Assembly: GCA_965225945.1 (NCBI GenBank)
Contig: CBDDBZ010000037.1
Coordinates: forward strand, 160,001-224,000
Direction: 5' to 3'
DNA length: 64,000 nt
Origin: Alphaproteobacteria bacterium
GTDB lineage: Bacteria; Pseudomonadota; Alphaproteobacteria; GCA-2731375
Part shown: positions 53,436 to 63,416 of the stretch, piece after piece
Layout: each line of letters begins with the position of its first letter
Numbering within the stretch: position 1 is the stretch's first letter
The notes under the pieces: generated by a model
Told to the model about the DNA's origin: nothing
Databases searched by the model: none
Seen by the model: the letters and a program-made list of their open reading frames with translations, nothing else
Program-made: the position numbers and the translations under genes

Positions 53436-54437
53436 TCAGATGCCGTGGGCCTGTTCGCGCCGGGCGCGCATGACCTCGTGGCTTTCCGCCGTGCCGTCGT
53501 GCCAGGAGCCGAACCACTTGTCGAGCGGCACCGTCCCGTCGCCGCCATAGTTGCACTCGAAATAGCGGTGATGCAGGTGGTGGAAATAACGCTGCCCGAT
53601 TCCGTATTCGTTCTCGCCCTTCGTCAGCAGCTTGTGGAAGCCCACGTGACCGAGGGCGGGCGCCAGGCCGGTCTGCTGCAGGTGAAAGATCGCGTGCAGC
53701 GGATGGGAGAGCAGGATCCAGTGCAGCAGCACGCCGGAGAAGTAGACGATGTGCTCGACCGGATGCATCGACATGCCCGACCAGGGGCCGATATCGACGT
53801 TCTTGTGGTGCAGCGCGTGGAACGGCTTGTAGAGGAAGCGGTGGTGCAGCAGGCGATGGACGAAATAGAAGTGGACGTCGCGGATCATCGGAATGGCGCA
53901 GAACAGCAGCACGAAATAAACCGGATGCGCCTCCCAGCTCAGCATCGGGATATAGCCGTTGGCGAAGGCCCACAGCGTCACGACCTCGTAGGCGGTCCAG
54001 ACGGCGACACCGCTGCCCGCGGTCCAGAAGACGTTCTCGCGAACCTGGTTGCCGAAGAGGAAGCGGCGCTGCGTGGCCGTCGGCTCCCGCCGGTTCAACA
54101 TGTAGCGGGTGCCCTGCGACTTCAGGATATAGAAGCGCAGATGCAAGCCGCCGAAGACCAGGAAAGTCAGGCCGAGGTTTCGGCCATAGACGATGGCGAT
54201 CCAATCCCACTGGAACGTCGTCATGCGTGCGAGCTCGGGCGTGAATGCGAACCAGGTCAGGACGGCAAGCCCCATGTAAAGGATGTTGAGGGGCAGGAAG
54301 TAGCCCGGAAGGGAGAAGAAGAACTTGAACATGGCCACGGGCCGGGGTGGCCAGACGAAGACCGGAGCCTCGACGATCGGCGTGTCGGGTGGCGTATCGT
54401 CTCGGCGCGTATAGTCGCCGATGGTGGTCTCGGCCAT
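53436..54437 (-). CDS. Sterol desaturase / fatty acid hydroxylase family protein
   Basis: His boxes HRLLH, HALHH and HHLHH; SMHPVE; CNYG. Confidence 0.92.
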   Translation of the reverse strand: MAETTIGDYTRRDDTPPDTPIVEAPVFVWPPRPVAMFKFFFSLPGYFLPLNILYMGLAVLTWFAFTPELARMTTFQWDWIAIVYGRNLGLTFLVFGGLHLRFYILKSQGTRYMLNRREPTATQRRFLFGNQVRENVFWTAGSGVAVWTAYEVVTLWAFANGYIPMLSWEAHPVYFVLLFCAIPMIRDVHFYFVHRLLHHRFLYKPFHALHHKNVDIGPWSGMSMHPVEHIVYFSGVLLHWILLSHPLHAIFHLQQTGLAPALGHVGFHKLLTKGENEYGIGQRYFHHLHHRYFECNYGGDGTVPLDKWFGSWHDGTAESHEVMRARREQAHGI

Positions 54438-54567
54438 GGTCTGCCCTTCCCCTCGATTCGAGGCCGGTGGCTCGATCCGGTCACGGGCGAGCCTAGCAGA
54501 CGCGACCCTTCGCAGGCAATATTGGCGAGGGAAGGCACGCTTCGCTCGCCGGGGCCCGCGCCGGCCG

Positions 54568-55359
54568 TCAGATCCCCAGCAACTCCGCCGTCGTGAGAAT
54601 GCGATAGATCTTTTTCACCCGGTCCTCGGGGATCTCGATATCGTCGCGCGGCGGGTTGAATTGGGCCAGCACGACAAGGCCACCGCCCCGGCGGACATAG
54701 CGCTTGACGTAGCAGGCGCCGGGGACCTCGTCGGCGCCGTGGAGTTCGACGATGACGTCGGCGCCGGGGCGGGCGGGCAGGTGCGGGTTGACGTAGACCA
54801 GATCGCCGGGATCGAACCTGGGCGCCATCGAGTCGCCGGCGACGTAAACCGCGAAGATGCCACTCGCCGCCGCCACGCCCGGCGGTCGGCGCACCCGGTC
54901 GATGACCTCGCCGTTGAAGGCGAACTCCCTGTCGCCGCCGCCGACGGCGGTGCCTAGGACCTCGACGTCGCGCGGCATCCGGGCCGGCGCGATGTCACGG
55001 CGCACCGGCGTCGGGCGCTGCGGATCGGCGATCGGGTCTCGGCCCGAGGGCGTCTCGGCACCGCGAACCGGCGGGGCCGGCGCGGCGGCCTCGAACTCCG
55101 CGTCGCCCGTCTCGCCGAAATGGCCGGGCGGCAGGGGCGGATCCTCCAGGCCCGGCTGGCCCTCGCCGGTATAGAGCCAGACCCAACTCACCCCCAGGTG
55201 CGCCGCGTAGCGCCGCGCCGATCGCTCGCCGAAATTACGCGAGCCCGCCTCGTGCGCCCGGTAGGTCACCTCCGGAACGTCCAGGGCGCGGGCGAACTCG
55301 GCCGCCGAATCATATTCGAGCGCGCGGGCCCAATGCAGTCGTGTCGGCTTGTCGACCAT
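54568..55359 (-). CDS. HTH plus S24 peptidase (CI/LexA-like) repressor
   Basis: N-terminal XRE-like HTH (AAEFARALDVPEVTYRAHEAG..VSWVWLYTGEG), catalytic GDSMAPRF and YVKRY motifs. Confidence 0.9.
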   Translation of the reverse strand: MVDKPTRLHWARALEYDSAAEFARALDVPEVTYRAHEAGSRNFGERSARRYAAHLGVSWVWLYTGEGQPGLEDPPLPPGHFGETGDAEFEAAAPAPPVRGAETPSGRDPIADPQRPTPVRRDIAPARMPRDVEVLGTAVGGGDREFAFNGEVIDRVRRPPGVAAASGIFAVYVAGDSMAPRFDPGDLVYVNPHLPARPGADVIVELHGADEVPGACYVKRYVRRGGGLVVLAQFNPPRDDIEIPEDRVKKIYRILTTAELLGI

Positions 55360-55463
55360 CTGGTTCCTTTCGCCCCCGCGGGAGCGAGCCCTCTTGTTTC
55401 CCGCGCCCTGGTGGACGGTCCCGCGCCGCCCCGGCCACCCGCAGATTCGATTACGGAGTGTAA

Positions 55464-55525
55464 CGGACATTTTGTCACTTGTCAGATACATTTTGTATTG
55501 ACTTCGATGAGATGCATATTGTATC
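55464..55525. promoter_or_regulatory. Three palindromic operator-like sites between divergent genes
   Basis: CGGACATTTTGTCAC (55464-55478), GATACATTTTGTATT (55485-55499) and GATGCATATTGTATC (55511-55525) in an AT-rich patch. Confidence 0.7.
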
Positions 55526-55761
55526 GTCTGTTCACGCGAGGCGGCCGAAACATCGTCGACCAGCCGAAAGAAGTCCGGGCCGCCGCCGCTGGCACCCCAT
55601 GGCGCCCTTTCGACGGCTCGCGACGTGGTTCCGCGAGCTCGCTTCGAGGGGGGCATGACCGACATATCACGCAGCGACGAGAAGCCTCCATTCTGGCCGG
55701 AGCGGGCGACGCCGTCGCGACCTCGCCGAATTCCGGTGTCGAGGACAGGGGTGGTGACCGG

Positions 55762-56496
55762 GTGAGCCGGCGGATCACCCAGAAGGCGCGGGCGCTGGCG
55801 GCGGCCCGCGCCCTCGAGCGCGCGCGGCAAGCGGGCGTCGTGCCCGCCGATCCCGACGCCCTGGCCGCGGCGGCGATCGAGGCGGCGGCGCGCGAGGTGC
55901 AACGGCGCACGCGCGCACTTCGCGCCGCCGGGCGCAACCCCCGGGCGCGCGGCCGGGTGGACCGCGACGACACCCGACCGACGCCCGAGCAGTTGGCGCG
56001 CGATAGCTATGGCGACGTCGAGACCCTGACCCAGGACGCCCGCGGCGCGCCGGTCTGCGCGGTGGCCAAGCGCAACCTGACCGCCGAGCCCTTGGACCGC
56101 TATCTGAAGCGCGGCCGGATCGAGCGTGGCGCCTGGGAGGCCGGCGATCGCTTCCGCCGCCAGTGGCACGTTTCCGGCCTGGAACGCAACATGGTGAGCG
56201 GCTACGACGGCATCCGCATCGACGGCGCCGATCCCGCCTGGCAGATTCCCGTCACCGAACGCCAGGCCCAGGCACGCCAAGCGGTGCGGGCGGCGCTGGC
56301 CGGCGTCGGCAAACTCGCGGGGTCGGTGCTGATTGGCCACCTGGTCCTCGAACACACCGCCCGCGACATCGGCCACCTGGCCGGGCGCCGCGGCAAATAC
56401 GCCGAAGTCGCCGGCATGGAGCGTATCCGGATGGCCCTGGCCATTCTGGCGCACACCTACGGGATTGCGCTCGGCGACGGGGGCAGGGGGAGATGA
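55762..56496 (+). CDS. DUF6456-like protein (GafA/GafZ, Q-antiterminator-like)
   Basis: PLDRYLKRGRI...EAGDRFRRQW...ARQAVRAALAGVG...RMALAILAHTYG pattern; start uncertain. Confidence 0.72.
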   Translation: MSRRITQKARALAAARALERARQAGVVPADPDALAAAAIEAAAREVQRRTRALRAAGRNPRARGRVDRDDTRPTPEQLARDSYGDVETLTQDARGAPVCAVAKRNLTAEPLDRYLKRGRIERGAWEAGDRFRRQWHVSGLERNMVSGYDGIRIDGADPAWQIPVTERQAQARQAVRAALAGVGKLAGSVLIGHLVLEHTARDIGHLAGRRGKYAEVAGMERIRMALAILAHTYGIALGDGGRGR

Positions 56497-56522
56497 AGTG
56501 GGGGGAGGAGGCCGCCATCGGC

Positions 56523-57500
56523 TCAAGCGCGACCGTCGTCGTCTCGCCACGCTTCCGGGTGCGCGCGCATCCACTCGGCGTAGGCCGCGATTCCGGCCTC
56601 GAGCGTAAACCCAGGCTCGAACCCGGTGTCGTCGCGCAGTCTGTGCCCGGCAAGCGGCCCTCGCATGGCGGTAAATCGAGTCCAGGGTTCCGTACCGGGC
56701 CCGAGTTCGAGCTCGGCCGCCGGCACGGCCGCGCGGACCGCGGCCGCCACCTCGCGGGCGCTGAAGTTGACGCCGGGTCCCAGGTGGTAGACGTCGAAGC
56801 GCAACTCGGTTGCCTCAGCCGCCGCCAACAGGCCGCCGGCAACGTCTTCGACAAAGGTGAAACTGGCCGCGAAATCCCCGCCGGGCTCTCGAACGGTTTC
56901 TCCTCGTAGCGCGCGCGTCAGGTAGGAAGGGATCGGCCCCCGCGTCGGCCCCAGCGCGATCACCGGCGGCCCATAGACCCAGGAGATCCGCACCGTACTC
57001 GCCGACAGCCCGAACACCGCTCGGTACATGCGGCACAGCATCTCCGCGCTTGTCTTGGTGGTGCTGTAAATATCCTCGGGCTCGGGCAAGCCATCCTCGG
57101 GTATCGGCGAGGTGGTGTCGGCGCGCTTCTGAAACACCGATCCGGTACCGACCAGGACGAAGCGGCGCCAGCCTCGGCGCCGCGCCGCGTCCAGCAGGTT
57201 GGCGGTTGCGCCGACGTTGGTGGCGACCGCCCGCAACGGCGCCGGGCGGGCCATCGCCTCGTTCGAAACGGCGGCGGCGTGAATGCAGGCATCGATATGG
57301 CGACTTCCGACCAGGCGGTCGACCTGGGCCGCATCGTCCAGATCACATGGCGCCCACTCGACCTTCGAAGCCTCCCTCTCGGGCGCGAGCGCTCTGCGCT
57401 CGCCGCGATAGACCGCGACGACATCCAGGCCACGACGCGCGGCCGCCTCGACGATCCGGGCTCCGACGTGGCCCGTGGCGCCCGTGACCAGCAGCCTCAT
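56523..57500 (-). CDS. NAD-dependent epimerase/dehydratase
   Basis: TGATGHVG, YSTTK and VYGP motifs. Confidence 0.92.
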   Translation of the reverse strand: MRLLVTGATGHVGARIVEAAARRGLDVVAVYRGERRALAPEREASKVEWAPCDLDDAAQVDRLVGSRHIDACIHAAAVSNEAMARPAPLRAVATNVGATANLLDAARRRGWRRFVLVGTGSVFQKRADTTSPIPEDGLPEPEDIYSTTKTSAEMLCRMYRAVFGLSASTVRISWVYGPPVIALGPTRGPIPSYLTRALRGETVREPGGDFAASFTFVEDVAGGLLAAAEATELRFDVYHLGPGVNFSAREVAAAVRAAVPAAELELGPGTEPWTRFTAMRGPLAGHRLRDDTGFEPGFTLEAGIAAYAEWMRAHPEAWRDDDGRA

Positions 57501-57549
57501 GCGCCCTCTCCCTCGCCGTCCGGCCTCGCGCGCTCTGGACCGAGGATCA

Positions 57550-57610
57550 AAAAAGGGGTCATTGTACTTTATTCGGCGGAACGCGCCATAAAGCAGAATG
57601 ACCCCTTTTT
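57550..57610. repeat. Hairpin-type intergenic repeat, copy 2, flanked by a 22-bp direct repeat
   Basis: Same arms as 21797-21856; GCGCGCTCTsGACCGAGGATCA at 57528-57549 and 57611-57632. Confidence 0.85.
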
Positions 57611-57629
57611 GCGCGCTCTCGACCGAGGA

Positions 57630-58796
57630 TCAGTAGGACTTCGGAAGCCCCAGCACGCGTTCCGCCAGATAGCAGAGGATCAACTGCGGGCTGATCGGCG
57701 CCAGGCGATGGATCAGGACTTCGCGGAAATAGCGCTCGACGTGATAGGCCTTGGCGTAGCCCATCGCGCCATGCGTCAGGATCGCCGTCGAGCAGGCCTT
57801 GAAGGCCACCTCGCCGGCCAAATACTTGGCCGCGTTCGCTTCCGCGCCCGAGGGCCGGCCGGCGTCATAGAGCGCCGCCGCCTTGAAGGCCATCAGGTTT
57901 GCCGCCTCGAGTTCGGCCCAGCATTCGGCCAGGGGATGTTGGATGGCCTGGTTCATGGCGATCGGGCGGTCGAAGACGATGCGGTTCCGCGCATGGTCGG
58001 CGGCGCGCTTCAGCGCCACCCGTCCCAGCCCCACCATGCCGGCGGCGATCAGGATTCGCTCGGGGTTGAGGCCGGCCAAGAGATAGCGGAAGCCCATGCC
58101 TTCCTCGCCGATCCTGTCGCCCAGCGGGATCGGCAGGCCGTCGATGAAGAGCTGGTTCGAATCGACGCATTTGCGACCCATCTTCTCGATCTCGCGGATC
58201 TCGACATAGTCCCGGTCGAGGTCGGTATAGAACAGCGTCAGGCCGTCGATCGGCTTTTCTGTTTCCGCCTCCGGAATCGTGCGCACGATGAGCAGCATCT
58301 TGTTGGCGACCTGCGCAGCGGAGGTCCAGATCTTGTGGCCGTGAACGATGTAGTGCTCGCCGTCGCGCACCGCGCGGGTCTTCAACCGCGTGGTGTCGAG
58401 GCCGGTGTTCGGCTCGGTGACGCAGATGCAGGCCCGATCCTCGCGCCGGATGATCGGCGCCAGCCAGCGCCGTTTCTGCTCTTCCGTGCCATGGACCACC
58501 ACCGGGTTGAGACCGAAGATGGCGAGGGCGACCGAGGAGACGCCACCGTTGGCCGCGCCCGATTCCGAAATGGCCTGCATCATGATCGCCGCCTCGGTAA
58601 TGCCGAGGCCGCGACCGCCATGGGCCTCCGGCATGGCGATGCCGAGCCAGCCGGCGTCCGCCATGGCCTGGCAGAAATCCTCCGGAAAACGTCCGTCGCT
58701 ATCGCGCGCGAGCCAGTATTCGTCGCCGAAGCGAGCGCAAAGTTCGAGCACGCTCTCTCTGATCTGCCTCTGCTCCGCGCTCCAGGAGAAATCCAT
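57630..58796 (-). CDS. Acyl-CoA dehydrogenase
   Basis: VTEPNTGLDT, GHKIWTS, LNPERI and HGAMGYAKAYHVER motifs. Confidence 0.93.
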   Translation of the reverse strand: MDFSWSAEQRQIRESVLELCARFGDEYWLARDSDGRFPEDFCQAMADAGWLGIAMPEAHGGRGLGITEAAIMMQAISESGAANGGVSSVALAIFGLNPVVVHGTEEQKRRWLAPIIRREDRACICVTEPNTGLDTTRLKTRAVRDGEHYIVHGHKIWTSAAQVANKMLLIVRTIPEAETEKPIDGLTLFYTDLDRDYVEIREIEKMGRKCVDSNQLFIDGLPIPLGDRIGEEGMGFRYLLAGLNPERILIAAGMVGLGRVALKRAADHARNRIVFDRPIAMNQAIQHPLAECWAELEAANLMAFKAAALYDAGRPSGAEANAAKYLAGEVAFKACSTAILTHGAMGYAKAYHVERYFREVLIHRLAPISPQLILCYLAERVLGLPKSY

Positions 58797-58924
58797 GCCT
58801 GCTTTCCGCGCTTCCTCGGCCAGTCCGGATCGCTAGCATATCAGGCACGGCGAGGCGACCCGGCGGGATGTCGGGTAGAGTGCCAATGTGTGGCCATGCT
58901 GGCAGCTTTGCTCGATGCTGGCGC

Positions 58925-60091
58925 ATGGCCACGTCCTCCAGCAACGATGCGGGTCGTCACGATGGGTCGTGGCGCGGTCTCTGGCTGTCCTCGGGCGCGC
59001 TTTCCCTCGCGATCGTCGGCGACGCGTTGCTCTATGTCGTGCTTCCCGTCAACGCCGAGCGTTTCGGTGTCGGCCTCGCCTGGGTCGGCGTGCTGCTGGC
59101 CGCGAACCGCGTCGTGCGGACCTTCGCCTACGGCTGGATCGCCGTATTGGGCGAGCGCGTGGGGATCAAACGGCTCTGCATCGCCGCCTCGATCACCGCC
59201 GTCCTCTCGACGGCGATGTACGGCCTGTTCCAGGGCTGGGCGGCGCTGCTGGCGGCGCGACTCGTGTGGGGCTTGTCGTATGGCGCCCTTCTGTTGGTGG
59301 CGCTCGGCCATGCGACGTCGGACCCGGCGCGCACGGGGGTTCGGGTCGGCGTCAGCCGGGCCGTCGAGCAGGTCGGCCCGCTGCTGGCCTTGACCGCCGG
59401 CGCCTGGCTCGCGGGAATCGTCGGACCCAGAGAGGTCTTTCTCTACCTCGCCCTGTTGACGGCGACGGCGGTGCCGTTCGCCCTCATGCTGCCGGCCGCG
59501 CCCGCCCGCCCGCCGGCGCCGGCCGCGCGCCGGCCGAGCGCGCTGCCCCGGCCGGACCGTCTCGATATCTTGATCTTCTGGGTGGGCTTCGGCGTCGACG
59601 GTGTCTTCACCATGACGGTGACGATCATGCTGGCGGCCCATCTCGGGCTAGAGGCCGCGATGCTGTCCGCGGGGCTGCTGTTCGCCGGGCGACGCGTCGC
59701 CGAGATCGTCGCGGCCCCGCTTTCCGGCGCGCTTGCCGACCGCTTCGGCACCCGCCGGCCGCTGCTCGTAGCCTCGCTCCTGCTCGTAGCCGGCTTGGGC
59801 TTGGTCGGCTTCGGCTGGCTCGCCGCGGGCGCGCTCGCCATCCTGCTCGCCCGGGGCGCCTTGGGAACCTTGATTCCCGCCGCGGTCGCGCGCATCTCGC
59901 CGGGCGCCGTGTTGCGGCCGCTGGCGCGCAACCAGACCTGGCGCGACCTCGGCGCGGCGGCCGGGCCGCTGACCACGGGCTTCGTTCTCGGGCAGGTGAC
60001 GCCCGAGAGCCTCCATCTGATTCTCGCCGCGATCTTCGCCGCGAGCCTGCTCTGGCTCATGGCCTCGCCGAGCTGGCGGCGAGGCGCCTGA
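58925..60091 (+). CDS. MFS transporter
   Basis: About 12 hydrophobic segments; GALADRFGTR motif A. Confidence 0.85.
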   Translation: MATSSSNDAGRHDGSWRGLWLSSGALSLAIVGDALLYVVLPVNAERFGVGLAWVGVLLAANRVVRTFAYGWIAVLGERVGIKRLCIAASITAVLSTAMYGLFQGWAALLAARLVWGLSYGALLLVALGHATSDPARTGVRVGVSRAVEQVGPLLALTAGAWLAGIVGPREVFLYLALLTATAVPFALMLPAAPARPPAPAARRPSALPRPDRLDILIFWVGFGVDGVFTMTVTIMLAAHLGLEAAMLSAGLLFAGRRVAEIVAAPLSGALADRFGTRRPLLVASLLLVAGLGLVGFGWLAAGALAILLARGALGTLIPAAVARISPGAVLRPLARNQTWRDLGAAAGPLTTGFVLGQVTPESLHLILAAIFAASLLWLMASPSWRRGA

Positions 60092-60206
60092 TGGCCATGT
60101 TGAACGAGGCCAAGCGGCGGCGATGGGCATGGTGATCTGCCCCACCAACGCGCTGCCTCCGGTTAGACAAGCCCACTCGTAAAAATTTGATATTGCGGTT
60201 GAAATT

Positions 60207-60250
60207 TGGTGCGCCCGACAGGACTCGAACCTGTGACCGAGTGATTAAAA
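60207..60250 (-). other. 3' half of tRNA-Lys(TTT), probable att-site duplication
   Basis: Minus strand TTTTAATCACTCGGTCACAGGTTCGAGTCCTGTCGGGCGCACCA runs from the anticodon loop to CCA; no D-arm or 5' acceptor strand upstream. Confidence 0.8.
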
Positions 60251-60427
60251 ATGCACCAAGGCATTAATCCTCGATCAGTGACCACTCCTGACCGCATTAC
60301 AGCCATGACACCAACTCCATCAGCGACGGAAACATGAAACATCGACCAAAGTACCCTTGCTGGAGACGTCGCCATGAGGGGGTGCTCCGCTGGCTCGTCG
60401 AACATCCGTGGGTGACCCTCAAGGCGT

Positions 60428-60644
60428 GCGCCGGAACGTCCGCTCCGACACGCCCAGGATCTCCGAGGCCTCGGCCTGGCTCAAATCACCCCGATGGCAG
60501 CGACCGTAGACATCCTCGAACTTCATCAGTCTCAGTCCCTGCAACTGCTCCGTCCGGCGCATCCGATTCCTCCATCTTTGGAGGCATTCTAAAACCGGAC
60601 AGATCATCTGTTACATAGACCGGTCATATCTCGTGTTAGCGACA
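60428..60644 (-). mobile_element. Truncated ISNCY/IS1202-like element (left end plus about 45 transposase codons)
   Basis: TGT terminus at 60644, subterminal repeats at 60594-60613 and 60619-60638 (15/20), MRRTEQLQGLRLMKFEDVY..GVSERTFRR from 60562. Confidence 0.7.
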
Positions 60645-60679
60645 ATCATCCGATAAGATGATGACCAAGCCCGATTGGC

Positions 60680-63416
60680 TTGCCATACTGGATTCGATCG
60701 ACAAATCGGGGGGTGTTCGATTTGACGCGGAGTTGGAGTCAACGGGCCGCGTCCCGGGGTTTGTTTCATCGGCGTTTGGTGGCAACGGCGGGGCTGACGG
60801 GATGCTGGCTCATGTTGGCGAGCGGATCGCTCGCCCAGATCGCGACCGACGGCACGGTCGGAGCGGTCCAGGCGCTGACCGGCCCCGACTTCACCATCGG
60901 CGAGGTGCTTGGCAGCCGGGCCGGCACCAACCTCTTCCATTCCTTCTCCAACTTCAACGTCAACACGGGCGAGAGCGCGACCTTCACCGGCGCCAATGAC
61001 ATCACCAACGTGATCAGCCGGGTCACCGGCGGCGCGGCCTCCAATATCGACGGCATCCTGCGCTCGACCATCGGCAGCGCCGATTTCTGGTTCACGAACC
61101 CGGCGGGCGTGATGTTCGGCCCCAACGCCCAGCTGGATGTGCCGGGCTCTTTCCACGTCACCACCGCCGACGAGATCCGCTTTCCGGGCAACGAGATCTA
61201 CGCCGCCGCGCCGGTGCCCGGCGAAGTGCTCAGCGTGGCGTCGCCCGAAGCCTTCGGCTTCCTGAGCGCGAACCCCGCCGCAATCACGGTGCAAGGATTG
61301 ACGATCAATCAACTGGGTGGTGGCGCCCTATCAGTCGTCGGCGGCGATGTCGCCATCAGTTTCGCCGCGAGCGAGGATTTTATCGTCGACAACATCAATA
61401 TTGCGAGCGTCGGTTCGACGGGCGAGGTGGGTTTGGCCGGTGCAACCCTGACCACGACGGGGTTCGCCCAATTGGGCAATATCGACCTCACCAACGTAAA
61501 TCTTGTCTCCAACGGCAGCACTGGCAGCACTATCGCCATAAGGGGCGGTCAGCTGGTGGCGATCGATTCATCAATTACATCAGGGGGTGTCGCCAATGCG
61601 ACAGGCGCCAACGTCGACGTCGCGATCACCGGGGACCTAAGCTTAACGCGCTCGCGAATTATCGCCGGTGGTCCAGACTCGGGGTCCGGAGGAGATATCA
61701 CGGTAGATGTCGGCGGCACTCTTACGTTAACCGGGAACAGTCAGAACGTTCCGGGCATCTCAAGCATTGGGAACAGCAACGGCAACATAGTGGTGACCGC
61801 GGCGGCAATCGACATGACGTTTGGCGATATATCGACGCGAACCTCAGGCACCCAGTCGACGGGCGACGTGACGATCACGACACCGGCTCTCGCCATGAAC
61901 AAAAGCGGGATCGCGAGCATAAATGATGGCAGCGGGCCTGCCTCCGGAACCGTGACCGTGAATGGAGGCACCATAACGCTCGAGAATGCGGCCACGATCG
62001 GCGGAACCGGCGAGAGCAACATCACCGGAACGTCTCTTTTGCTCGATGCCTCCGAATTGAATAACTCTACAGGCGGCTCTCTAGACGCCGGAAATATCTC
62101 CGTCAATGTGAGCGGTGCCGTTACGCTGCAAAATAGCGCCGGCCTATTCTCCGACGCCAATGCTACGGGAAACGCAGGAGCGATCACGATTTCCGGCGAT
62201 AGCCTGCTCGTGGATGACAGTTTCATCAGCAGCAACGGAAACCCGGATCCGAACGCGATCGACGGCGGCGACGCCGGCAGTATCTCGATCACCGCGGCGG
62301 ACGTGACCTTTCAGAATGGAGGCGTCTTCAGATCGAGCTCGGAAGGCGACGCCTCCGCCGGAACCATATCGATCACCGCCGATCGCGTGGTCATGACCAG
62401 CACGAGTAATAGCGGCAGCAGCGCCGGTGCTAGGGGCGCAGGCAGGCGATGTCACCATTGCCGCAACTGAATCGATGGTCATGACCACTGCAACCATCGA
62501 GACTATTGCCGTGCAGGGGCCTCAGGTCATTGCCGATGGCGGCGCGATCACCATCACAACGCCTTTGCTCTCGATGGATGGGAGTCTGCTCTCGAGCTCC
62601 CATTCCGGGAGCGGCACGGGCGGGCCGATCACACTGAATGTGTCTGACTTCGTGGCTGACAATGGATCCAGGGTAGAGGCGGCGACTACTGGCGCCGGTC
62701 CGGCCGGAGATATTTTCATCGGCGCAACCAATTCGGTCAGCATCGCTGGCCAAACCTTCGTTTCTGCCAATACGAGCGGCGCGGGGGAAGGCGGCGCCAT
62801 CACCATCGATACCGCTGATCTTCAGCTCGACCAAGCCTTCATCGAGACCGAAACGCGAGGAGCCGGGCGCGCAGGCGATATCGAGGTCAACGCATCCGGG
62901 CTTGTCACCTTGGATACGGGCGCCGGGATATCGGCCGGCACCTTGACAGAGGCGGCAGGTGGCACCATCACGATTGCTGCGAGCCGGCTGGAAGTCCTCA
63001 ATCAATCGGCTATCAGCGCCAACACTTCCGCCGCCGGGCGTGCAGGTGATCTCAGCATCAACGTCAACGAATACTTTAGCTCGGACGGTAGCCTGCAATC
63101 CCAGACTAGTGGTGGCGACGCCGGCAATATTGCGGTGACGGCAATTAACCTGATCCGCCTTGAAAACGGGGGGGGTATTTCCGCATCGACGTTCGGTGCA
63201 CCGATTGGAAATGGTGGCAGCATTGTCCTGGCGGCCCCCGTGATAGAAATCGTCGAAACGAGCGACGTAAGCGCGAACACGAGCGGGAGCGGATTCGCTG
63301 GTGACGTGTCCGTTACGGGAGATTGGCTATTGGTGTCCAATGGCGCGATCGTGACAGGGACGGACGAAGGCTCAAGTGGTCGGGGCGGAACGATTAGCAT
63401 CGTCGCCCCCGATATC
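60680..63416 (+). pseudogene. Filamentous haemagglutinin N-terminal (TPS) domain exoprotein, frameshifted and truncated by IS256
   Basis: AQIATDGT, NLFHSFSNFNV, SRVTGG and NPAGVMFGPNAQLD motifs with G(N/D)AG(N/D)I repeats; frame change near 62430-62445; ends at the IS256 terminus. Confidence 0.85.

Noticed and set aside
60645-60672. Xer/dif-like target next to the IS1202-like end
   Set aside because: No XerD-like arm (TTATGTTAAAT) is recognisable.
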